The position numbers were made by a program, and so were the translations under genes. From the IMG/VR virus record IMGVR_UViG_3300042520_003480: a DNA stretch of 63,329 bases. The stretch is one strand, 5' to 3'. Below the pieces are notes generated by a model. It was not told where the DNA came from. It searched no databases and saw only the letters and a list, made by a program, of their open reading frames with translations. Source of the DNA: an uncultured virus (IMG/VR IMGVR_UViG_3300042520_003480). Its lineage: Duplodnaviria; Heunggongvirae; Uroviricota; Caudoviricetes. Below, in pieces: positions 55,827 through 63,329 of the stretch (positions are counted from its first letter, which is position 1; each line of letters starts with the position of its first letter).

Positions 55827-56366
55827 GTGAACAAAGACCAAAGACTCCTAGAAGAAGCTTATAGAAGTATCTATGAGTCAAAATTTTATACAGATCCAAG
55901 GTTGACTAAACGAGAGCAAGAGTTTGTCAACAAAGTCGTAGACGAAATAGTGGACAACAATTATACGATAAAATACACCGATGCTCCAACTGCTCGAGTT
56001 GATGAGCAAGAAAGAAACACTGCTTTAGCTACCATTAAAAAGATAATTGAATACATGTTTAAAGATTTTCCAGGCATACATATTCCGCTTATTCGAGCTG
56101 CTCACCAAACACTAGCAGCTTGGCATTCTACATTCACAGAAATGATAAAAGCAAAACTTGTTCCAGAAGACAAGAAGGATAGAGAAGAAATCAAAGACAC
56201 GCTCAAAAATCATATAGCAACTTATATAGCAAAGTTTTTTGAAGACGCTGGCAAACCAGGAGGTTTTCTAATTAAAAACACTGCTGAATACCTCAAACAC
56301 AGAGAAGAGGAAATTAAATATGGTCCGATGCGCGATGAGCTGCCTGAACTAAAAGGAATATTCTAA
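55827..56366 (+). CDS. leader- and PELxGIF-tagged hypothetical protein
   Basis: MNKDQRLLEEAYRSIYES...ELPELKGIF. Confidence 0.85.
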   Translation: MNKDQRLLEEAYRSIYESKFYTDPRLTKREQEFVNKVVDEIVDNNYTIKYTDAPTARVDEQERNTALATIKKIIEYMFKDFPGIHIPLIRAAHQTLAAWHSTFTEMIKAKLVPEDKKDREEIKDTLKNHIATYIAKFFEDAGKPGGFLIKNTAEYLKHREEEIKYGPMRDELPELKGIF

Positions 56367-56845
56367 TGAAGGCATTTGAACAATTAGTACTAGAAGCAAT
56401 GGAAGAAGAGTTCACAATAATTCTTTGGTGTTCATGGTTTCATTTGTTGAATGACGAGTACAAAAAAGAAATCCTATCTATGTTTAAATGGTTTGGTCGC
56501 AAGCATCCTCAAGGGATAGCTCACCAATTCCATCTAAGAGATTGGCAGAATCCAATGTATAAACAAGTACAAGTTGATTACGAGGAAGATGAAAACGGAC
56601 CAAAGATAACTTTAACAAACATACGTTGTAACAGATATCAAGCAGGAAGCTTATTAGATGAAATACGTCTCAAAGCGTTTGGTGAGTATCTTCATCGTAA
56701 CAAAATAATGAAATACTTAAAAGACACAGTAAAAATACCAATTGAAGGAACTCGGCTTTTTAGAGATCCAACAATAGACGGAAAGGCTATTGGTAAGTAT
56801 GACGATATGGTAAAAGACCTTCCAGAGCTAGAAGGAGTATTTTAA
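56366..56845 (+). CDS. PELxGVF-tagged protein, paralog 1
   Basis: MKAFEQLVLEA...DLPELEGVF; TAATG coupling. Confidence 0.85.
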   Translation: MKAFEQLVLEAMEEEFTIILWCSWFHLLNDEYKKEILSMFKWFGRKHPQGIAHQFHLRDWQNPMYKQVQVDYEEDENGPKITLTNIRCNRYQAGSLLDEIRLKAFGEYLHRNKIMKYLKDTVKIPIEGTRLFRDPTIDGKAIGKYDDMVKDLPELEGVF

Positions 56846-57321
56846 TGAAAGCGTTTGAACAATTAGTACTGGAAGCAATGGAAGAAGAGTTCACAATAAT
56901 TCTTTGGTGTTCATGGTTTCATTTGTTAAATGAGAAATACAAAAAGGAAATCTTAGATATGTTTAGATGGCATAGTAGGAGGCATCCAGATGGAATAGCT
57001 TTTCAGTTTCATCTAAGAGATTGGCAGAATCCGATGTATAAACAAGTGCAGGTTGATTATGAAGAAGACGAAAACGGACCAAAAATGACTTTAACAAACA
57101 TACACTGCACAAGATATCAAGCTGGAAGCTTATTAGATGAAATACGTCTTAATACGTTTAAACTCAAAGGGAGAGACAACACACTAAAGTATCTGAGAGA
57201 TACAGTAAAAATACCAATTGAAGGAACTCGGTATTTTAGAGATCCAACAATAGACGGAAAAGTTTTCGGTAAGTATGACGATATGGTAAAAGACCTTCCA
57301 GAGTTAGAAGGAGTATTTTAA
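56845..57321 (+). CDS. PELxGVF-tagged protein, paralog 2
   Basis: Near-identical tandem copy of the preceding gene. Confidence 0.85.
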   Translation: MKAFEQLVLEAMEEEFTIILWCSWFHLLNEKYKKEILDMFRWHSRRHPDGIAFQFHLRDWQNPMYKQVQVDYEEDENGPKMTLTNIHCTRYQAGSLLDEIRLNTFKLKGRDNTLKYLRDTVKIPIEGTRYFRDPTIDGKVFGKYDDMVKDLPELEGVF

Positions 57322-57683
57322 TGAAAACAAATGACCAACAACTGTTAGAAGAAGCGTATAATGCTGTCGTAACAGAAGGAGTTTTGCCTTCTAAGGCTTT
57401 TAGATCAAAACCTTTACATCAAAAGAAAGTGCTTTATCGTTTATTTGCGAAACCAGACAAGAAGATGGGAGGCAAGTATTTCTGGGGAGAAAAATTATCT
57501 TGGGCTGGAGAATTTGAGAGTGTCGAAGAGGCGTTAGTTTACTTAAAAAACTTGTACGTGTATAGCGAAGATATGGAGTACGTAATAAAAGAAGTTATAA
57601 TTGAGTACTCAGAGAAGACAGTTGAACAAAGTGGACTCCGGCAAATGAGAGATGATCTTCCGGAACTTAAAGGTATTTTTTAA
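57321..57683 (+). CDS. leader- and PELxGIF-tagged hypothetical protein
   Basis: MKTNDQQLLEEAY...DLPELKGIF. Confidence 0.85.
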   Translation: MKTNDQQLLEEAYNAVVTEGVLPSKAFRSKPLHQKKVLYRLFAKPDKKMGGKYFWGEKLSWAGEFESVEEALVYLKNLYVYSEDMEYVIKEVIIEYSEKTVEQSGLRQMRDDLPELKGIF

Positions 57684-58276
57684 TGAAGACAAAGGACCAA
57701 CAACTCCTAGAACTTTTATATGAACAAGTAGTTGAAGGTTCTAAAGATTTGCTTCCAGAAGAAAAAAAGTTTTCAGAGGCAGCTGCTAAGATTATTTCCA
57801 AACAAATCTTCACAGCAGTAGAAGGAAGAATTCACAACAATGGAAAGTTAGACTTTGAATACCTAGGGGATCTAATTGATACTCATTTTGACAAGGCTTT
57901 AGATATTTTTAGTCCTGATTACGATTATTTTGTAAGAAGAGTTGTTAGAGTACATTTAGCACACGATTTGTTTAATCGACTCGTTTTTGTCAAAACGATA
58001 GACGGCAAAGTCAATGTATGCTTCCGACCTGCAAAATTTGTTACAACAGATCAATATAATGAAGACAGATTGTTTATTCCTATTGAAAATAAGCAAGAAG
58101 TGGAAGAACAGTTAAGAAAAACAATAGAAGATGTTATTCTGGAGCGTTATGATTACTTCTTAAAGTATCCTCGTTCATCAACGTCAAATGAAACAAAGTG
58201 GGTTGCGTGGAGAAAAGAAAAGCTCAAATATAAAGCTCTCACTAACGAACATCCCGAACTCGAAGGAATATTTTAA
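57683..58276 (+). CDS. leader- and PELxGIF-tagged hypothetical protein
   Basis: MKTKDQQLLELLY...EHPELEGIF. Confidence 0.85.
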   Translation: MKTKDQQLLELLYEQVVEGSKDLLPEEKKFSEAAAKIISKQIFTAVEGRIHNNGKLDFEYLGDLIDTHFDKALDIFSPDYDYFVRRVVRVHLAHDLFNRLVFVKTIDGKVNVCFRPAKFVTTDQYNEDRLFIPIENKQEVEEQLRKTIEDVILERYDYFLKYPRSSTSNETKWVAWRKEKLKYKALTNEHPELEGIF

Positions 58277-58692
58277 AAAACACCCTCTAACTCAGGTAGT
58301 TCTTTTTTCAATTTACTAAACTTTTCAAACTCCTCGATTGTTTTAGAATCAGCTGTAGAATTAAAATCTATCTGTCCCATCCAATATACGTCTTCTTTAT
58401 CTTTTGGTGAAAGTCCAAATGTTGTATATCCTTTCATCTTAGTTGCACGAGCTCTGGTGTTACCATCCTTAACAGAAACAAAAAAATCTCCTTCGTCCTC
58501 AATATCCCAAACCCAACCCACAGAAAGATCTAAATCCTTTAGAAAGGTATTAGCAAACCTTTTTTCAAATTCTTGATCATCGCAATAATCTCTTATTTGC
58601 TGGAGTTCTTCTTCTGTTGCTCTACGCAAAATCTTTGCTGAACTTACTTGATTATAAGCTTCTTCTAGCAACTGTTGGTCTTTAGTCTTCAC
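58273..58692 (-). CDS. leader- and PELxGVF-tagged hypothetical protein
   Basis: MKTKDQQLLEEAY...ELPELEGVF; convergent with the previous gene. Confidence 0.85.
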   Translation of the reverse strand: MKTKDQQLLEEAYNQVSSAKILRRATEEELQQIRDYCDDQEFEKRFANTFLKDLDLSVGWVWDIEDEGDFFVSVKDGNTRARATKMKGYTTFGLSPKDKEDVYWMGQIDFNSTADSKTIEEFEKFSKLKKELPELEGVF

Positions 58693-58719
58693 ACTAGATT
58701 ATTTATTCAACTTATTTTA

Positions 58720-59304
58720 TTACTTGCGAGCTCGTTTGGTCTTCCGTTCATCTTCATAAACAAACTCACTTCCGTTGTGCGAGATATGTTTAGGGAGAGT
58801 TTTGCAAGCGCTTCTGCAAATTTTATAATGATGGCAGCCATCACAATGCCGATCGTTATCTAGATAGATGTCTGGCCTAAGACACTTCGTCTCTGATTCT
58901 ACTGCTGCACTATATGGAGGAGGCACTATGAACTCACCCATACGAGGAATGTTAAAGCGACCATGCTCTTTCTCTACCAGATCCTTGACCTTATTCTTCT
59001 TTGTGCGCTTAACTTTTTGTGGAAGAGTTTTGATCCGCTGTTCCTTCAATGCTCCTCGGCACTTATAGTTTCGAAGAAGGTTTTCCGCTGAACCAAACTC
59101 TTTGATCTTCTTAACCATCCACGGCCCAATACAAGTAGTGAGCTTACCACTAATCGTACAAGGAATCTTTGATCCAGGAAAGCTCTTAAACTTCTTATAG
59201 TGATCAACAAAGATCTTAATCTGCTCTTCAGATAGAGGCTGAGCCTTAATCTTGAATCGTTTTCCTTTTGCTGCTTTCTTTTGCTTTGGTGGTGTTTTAA
59301 TCAT
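58720..59304 (-). CDS. basic Cys-containing hypothetical protein
   Basis: Lys-rich, with CDGCHHYKICRSAC; TTGACT..TATAAT promoter upstream. Confidence 0.7.
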   Translation of the reverse strand: MIKTPPKQKKAAKGKRFKIKAQPLSEEQIKIFVDHYKKFKSFPGSKIPCTISGKLTTCIGPWMVKKIKEFGSAENLLRNYKCRGALKEQRIKTLPQKVKRTKKNKVKDLVEKEHGRFNIPRMGEFIVPPPYSAAVESETKCLRPDIYLDNDRHCDGCHHYKICRSACKTLPKHISHNGSEFVYEDERKTKRARK

Positions 59305-59703
59305 GAATTAATATTATAACCAATCGTTGGACAAGTCAAGCTCCATTGTCCCTATTTATTTGACCGTTTGGTTAGGGTTTAATTGAAAATACCGTGTTGT
59401 GCTCAACTTGCTTCTGCCTGCAGGTACGCTCATTAGGATAAGGTCCGTGAGATGTAGTGCGGTCCTTGTCCCAAAAGATCCAACAACCAATCCCAATCTG
59501 TTCAACAAGGTCCTCGTCTTCGTGTTGTGTGTCGTTCATTATTAAAGATTAGTCTCAATACCAAATGCTAGAAGGATTGCTTTAATAATTGTCAGAGTAA
59601 GTCCTATCATACATGCTCCGAATAGAATCCAAACAAGAGCCATCCAAGCCATTATTGCATCAACTACTTTATCATCGTGTGTGTGTTTCATGTGGTATAA
59701 TTC

Positions 59704-59910
59704 TTACTTTTTATATACATAAGAATGGTTAATTCCTAACTCATTCATATCTACTATTTTTAGCGTTCCGTTGATCTGATAGCACTCATTAAAATTCTTC
59801 AGGTTGTCTTGGAGCATTGGTATTCTTTCTTGAGCTTCTTGAATGCTGTCAAAGTCTCCCATTACATCCATCCATCCAAATATTGTCTTTGATTGAATCT
59901 TGTATGCCAT
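59704..59910 (-). CDS. hypothetical protein
   Basis: Short ORF in a minus-strand cluster. Confidence 0.6.
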   Translation of the reverse strand: MAYKIQSKTIFGWMDVMGDFDSIQEAQERIPMLQDNLKNFNECYQINGTLKIVDMNELGINHSYVYKK

Positions 59911-59916
59911 AATCTA

Positions 59917-60300
59917 TTAGCTCTTAATCATTTCGAATGGGACTAGAGTTACCCTTAAATCCTTAACTACCTCCACTCCTGTGAAGCAGACATTACTAAC
60001 TACTCCCTCGTGCTCCATTCCCTCCTCGTCTGTCCACTTAATAGACTTGTTGATTGAATACTTCAGAGTCTCTGGGTTATTGGTCAATGTTATTTGCGAT
60101 TCGCGAATACCGAATGGATCATTAGCCTCTGTACGAAACCTTTGCCAAGTCTTACTAATGGTATCTTCAAGTGCATCAAGCTGGTTTGCGATTGTTGCAG
60201 CCTCGGGATGCTTGTCGCTGTACGCTACGTTCTTAGCAGCTACCAGTGCATCAAATGCTTGCTCAAGATGCTCCATCAGTTTGTACTCTGAGTCCGTCAT
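59917..60300 (-). CDS. hypothetical protein
   Basis: Likely start MTDSEY, with a TTGACC promoter upstream. Confidence 0.65.
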   Translation of the reverse strand: MTDSEYKLMEHLEQAFDALVAAKNVAYSDKHPEAATIANQLDALEDTISKTWQRFRTEANDPFGIRESQITLTNNPETLKYSINKSIKWTDEEGMEHEGVVSNVCFTGVEVVKDLRVTLVPFEMIKS

Positions 60301-60342
60301 GTTGTTTATATTCCAATGAGGACTTAGACAGGTCAACAAATA

Positions 60343-61680
60343 CTATACGTTTTGTTTTTTGCGATACTGGTAATAGAACATTAACCCCATAAGAAGTAAA
60401 CCCGTAACATATACTCCTGGTTCTGGCACAGGACACACTTCATTAGTTACACCAAAGTCTCTTATAAAGCTGTCTCCTATCAATGTGTTTCCAGCATCAC
60501 TATAAAATTGTATGCGAGGAAGACTTTCATTTACATATGTTGATCCATTAAAATATAAATGATCATTATAGAGGGAGTAGTTATATATCTTTAAGTTATA
60601 ACTTTCTAGAGTTGCATAAAGTATAGCAAACTCTAAATGAATATCTCCTCCGGACATATCAATAATGGAATCAGCTGATAGAGTTAAAGCTCCCACGCTT
60701 TCATTTCTATCTCCTTCGAACTTTATTGTGCCACCATTCAATGTAATGTCTGTACTATCTCCTATGGAATTATCGACACCTATCAAAAGAGATCCTCCGG
60801 TATTAACTACAATGGCTTCTGCTTGTCCTAAAGCCCCTGCACTTGCTACCTTGAGTGTTCCTCCATTAATTGTTGTTGTTCCAGAATAGCTATTGTTACC
60901 AGATAAGGTAAGCGTACTAGCGGCATTCTTGGTCATGTTGCCTGTACCTCTGATCGTACCGGACAGTGTCTGGTTATTAGTTCCGGAATAGATAAAGGTG
61001 CTATTGTTAGTAAGGTTGGCTGAATAAGCCCCGCTACCAAGTCGTCCGTTAGCTCCAATTTCCAATGTACCGCCAGTTATAGTAGTGGCTCCTGTGTACA
61101 ATGTGTTGCCTCCTAGAACTAATGTACCCGTGCCTGATTTATTAATACCGCCCGCTCCTTGTATCCTTACACCAAAAGTAGTTACATCATCTCCAGCTCC
61201 CATAGTGAGTGTACCACTCCCGTTGTGAATAACATCCAGAGTGCTAGTAAGATTTATATTAGCTCTTTTACCTGAATCAGATAAGGCTTTATCTATGGTC
61301 TTGCTTCCTGTGGACCCAGCCTCTATAATCAATGATGCATTGCCAGCGTTCGAACTAAATGTCAGATGCCGGGCGTTTGAAGCAGTAGAAGTAGCTCCAG
61401 ACAATACAAGCCTCGTCGCTGCATCATTAGCATCATTAAACGTTAATGATCTAACAGTATATGTACCACCCGTTGCAATCACTATGGCTGACACATTCGT
61501 TGTGCCTCCAATGATAACATCCGTGGTCGTAGATCCAGTACCCGGAGCACTGCTTGCACTCCAGCTGGAAACCGTATTCCAACTACTACCACCTCCCCCT
61601 GTCCAAGTGTGAGTAGCAGCCGACAATGACCCCATGGTCAATATGATCCCCATTAATATAAACTTCGCATACTGTTTCAT
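60343..61680 (-). CDS. autotransporter-associated beta-strand repeat protein with a PEP-CTERM sorting signal
   Basis: Signal peptide; repeats INKSGTGTLVLGGNTLYTGATTITGGTL and MTKNAASTLTLSGNNSYSGTTTINGGTL; C-terminal VPEP + TM + RKK. Confidence 0.92.
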   Translation of the reverse strand: MKQYAKFILMGIILTMGSLSAATHTWTGGGGSSWNTVSSWSASSAPGTGSTTTDVIIGGTTNVSAIVIATGGTYTVRSLTFNDANDAATRLVLSGATSTASNARHLTFSSNAGNASLIIEAGSTGSKTIDKALSDSGKRANINLTSTLDVIHNGSGTLTMGAGDDVTTFGVRIQGAGGINKSGTGTLVLGGNTLYTGATTITGGTLEIGANGRLGSGAYSANLTNNSTFIYSGTNNQTLSGTIRGTGNMTKNAASTLTLSGNNSYSGTTTINGGTLKVASAGALGQAEAIVVNTGGSLLIGVDNSIGDSTDITLNGGTIKFEGDRNESVGALTLSADSIIDMSGGDIHLEFAILYATLESYNLKIYNYSLYNDHLYFNGSTYVNESLPRIQFYSDAGNTLIGDSFIRDFGVTNEVCPVPEPGVYVTGLLLMGLMFYYQYRKKQNV

Positions 61681-62014
61681 AGGATCAAACTACCCCGAAG
61701 GATGGGTTGGTCTTATGTAATAGTAGCTAGGATATATCCCTAGCTTTAATTATCAATTGTGCGAACTTTTTATCAACTACTCCGAACCTCTCGCGCGCCT
61801 GTCACTTAGTTGATTTGCCTATCTTTATAATCTTTTTGTTCTTTAAAGGATATACTGAGCTTTTAAACTTTGGTACTGTATCAGTCCCACAATTGCGAAT
61901 GATTCGCAAGTAAGCTTCTGGGGGGAGACAGGTAGTGTAGCTAACATCTGATGGAGAGTTGTATCCGTTCATACAATTACTCTACCTTCTTTTTAGAATA
62001 GATCAATAAGAAAT

Positions 62015-62118
62015 TGGAAGAAGTGGTTGGATTCGAACCAACGGCTTGCTTTTACCCCACAGCGTTAAGGTCCTTCACCGTGAGTGGGTTGCTGCTCTAC
62101 CAACTGAGCTACACTTCT
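62015..62118 (-). ncRNA. tRNA-like RNA with an enlarged anticodon region
   Basis: Perfect acceptor, D and T arms with CCA, but 51 nt between the D and T stems and no canonical anticodon loop. Confidence 0.75.
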
Positions 62119-62123
62119 TGTTT

Positions 62124-62196
62124 CTGCAATGGAGGGACTTTAACCCTCAACCTCCCGCCTACAAAGCAGGACTCTAGTCATTTGAGCTACATCGCA
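62124..62196 (-). tRNA. degenerate tRNA (UGU anticodon, Thr-like) or pseudo-tRNA
   Basis: All four stems pair, but the T-loop is TTAAAGT and the D-loop lacks GG. Confidence 0.55.
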
Positions 62197-62254
62197 TACT
62201 GCTAAAGACTATCCTATGATCTGACAGATAGGTCAACTAGAATAAGTTTATTTA

Positions 62255-62623
62255 TTAAATATACCCCAAGAGTCTGAGTCTGCGGAATCTATCTTCCCCA
62301 CATTCATCTCCATGAGCATGCATATCAAAACTTGGATCGCATGTTGACTCTAGAGCAACCACCATTGGGGAAGGCCAGACTGCCTCCCAAGGTTGCACGG
62401 AAACATCACAAGGATCACTTTGATCAACAGTTGGCCCATAAGAAGAATATAGGGTCCATCTAGTTTCATTATGGTCAAGATATATAGCTCCACCCTCTCC
62501 ACCAACGGTTGGAAAAAACCATCTATTAACAATATCCCCGTCCGGTGTGTATGTCCCAGCTGAAGCAAGACCTGCCTCAGGCCCACTAGGAATAGTTGGA
62601 GAGTTAGATACAACAATGTTCAT
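62255..62623 (-). CDS. hypothetical protein with a C-terminal RLRxLGY motif
   Basis: Ends ECGEDRFRRLRLLGYI; TAAATA upstream. Confidence 0.75.
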   Translation of the reverse strand: MNIVVSNSPTIPSGPEAGLASAGTYTPDGDIVNRWFFPTVGGEGGAIYLDHNETRWTLYSSYGPTVDQSDPCDVSVQPWEAVWPSPMVVALESTCDPSFDMHAHGDECGEDRFRRLRLLGYI

Positions 62624-62627
62624 ATGT

Positions 62628-63083
62628 TTATTTATTGTAAGTCACGTCAAATATATTTTTCTTTACGACGCCATAGTCTCCAGGACCATGCTTGACAATA
62701 TAGTCTTCTCCGGCTTTGTATTCCAAGTCCGCTCCCCAAGAAGTCTTAACAACCCCATTTGAATCAGCGAGCTTAGCAGTCTTCATAATCTTCTTTGGGC
62801 TGCACTTCCCTTCTCCAAGATCATCCTTCAGTTCCCGGAACTTCTCTGCTGGCATTGAATACTTCTCACCTTTCGGGCCCGTCAATATATAGAAGCCAGC
62901 TTTGTATTGCTGAGAGCCTTCTAGCGTTTGAAGTGTCCCATCTTCTGAAGCAATCTCATATTGCTCTACTGCTGGCTTCTTATAAGTCTCAAAAGCTCCC
63001 TCCTGAAACCACTCATCTGTAATTTGTTCAATTAACACTCTAGAATAAGCTTCTTCTAAGAGTGTCTGGTCGTTGGACTTCAT
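62628..63083 (-). CDS. PGDYG-like protein with the MKxxDQxLLEEAY leader
   Basis: MKSNDQTLLEEAY; TLEG...GPKGEKY and HGPGDYGVVK. Confidence 0.75.
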   Translation of the reverse strand: MKSNDQTLLEEAYSRVLIEQITDEWFQEGAFETYKKPAVEQYEIASEDGTLQTLEGSQQYKAGFYILTGPKGEKYSMPAEKFRELKDDLGEGKCSPKKIMKTAKLADSNGVVKTSWGADLEYKAGEDYIVKHGPGDYGVVKKNIFDVTYNK

Positions 63084-63329
63084 GAGTTTATTTATCAATA
63101 TTGCCACATATACTATCTAGACAACTGCAGACTGCTTCCCTCAATGGAGCTCCAACAACTACCGTTAAGCTTTGTCTGGACTGCTCTTCAATGTGCTTGA
63201 GGACCTCTGCAGCCTTTGCTAGGTCTTGTTTAAGCAACTCACACTGCATTATTGTTTCCATGCGCCGAGCAATGGCCTCGTCACGTTCTGTGCAAACGCC
63301 AAGATATGCGTCGACTCTTTCTGAGTCCG

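Larger units (their letters stand above)
44583..58692. repeat. dispersed coding repeat (L/H)PELxG(I/V)F, 18 copies in 13 genes
   Basis: Counted in the translations: 13 copies at or within two residues of a C-terminus, plus 5 internal copies in 46739..49252. Confidence 0.95.

Noticed and set aside
44583..58692. PELxGIF repeats as a CRISPR array or diversity-generating retroelement
   Set aside because: Copies vary at synonymous positions, are hundreds of bases apart and in frame. No reverse transcriptase or cas operon is present, and the paralog differences are not adenine-specific.
62014..62205. 63-aa plus-strand ORF
   Set aside because: It is the antisense shadow of two tRNA-like genes.
1..63329. 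Stop-codon reassignment
   Set aside because: Core genes are full length in the standard code, all three stops are used and there is no suppressor tRNA; the UGA-anticodon tRNA is an ordinary Ser tRNA.

Overview
This window is a segment of a large, AT-rich T4-like myovirus genome read in the standard genetic code. Most genes lie on the minus strand. The left half holds the replication/recombination core: gp32 SSB, gp41 helicase, UvsX, gp43 polymerase, gp46/47, gp55 late sigma, UvsW, UvsY and gp61 primase. It is interrupted by a glycosyl/methyl/amino-transferase island and also carries three 7-deazaguanine pathway genes (folE, queD, queE). The middle has a lysis cassette, 11 tRNAs, a tmRNA with an unusually long 33-aa tag and an RNA ligase. 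The right half (44.6-63 kb) has the most striking signal. Thirteen mostly unrelated proteins end in the same tag, (L/H)PELxG(I/V)F. One of them is an 837-aa polyprotein of six modules joined by PELxGIF-E/S. Many of these proteins also share an N-terminal MKxxDQxLLEEAY leader, and they flank a MoxR-type AAA+ ATPase and a VWA-metallopeptidase. I infer a tag-directed virion cargo (effector) loading and processing system. There are three unexplained structured non-coding regions and a tRNA-like RNA with an enlarged anticodon arm. A captured PEP-CTERM autotransporter-repeat gene suggests a Verrucomicrobiota/PVC-type host. All calls come from reading motifs by eye; no database search or folding program was run.
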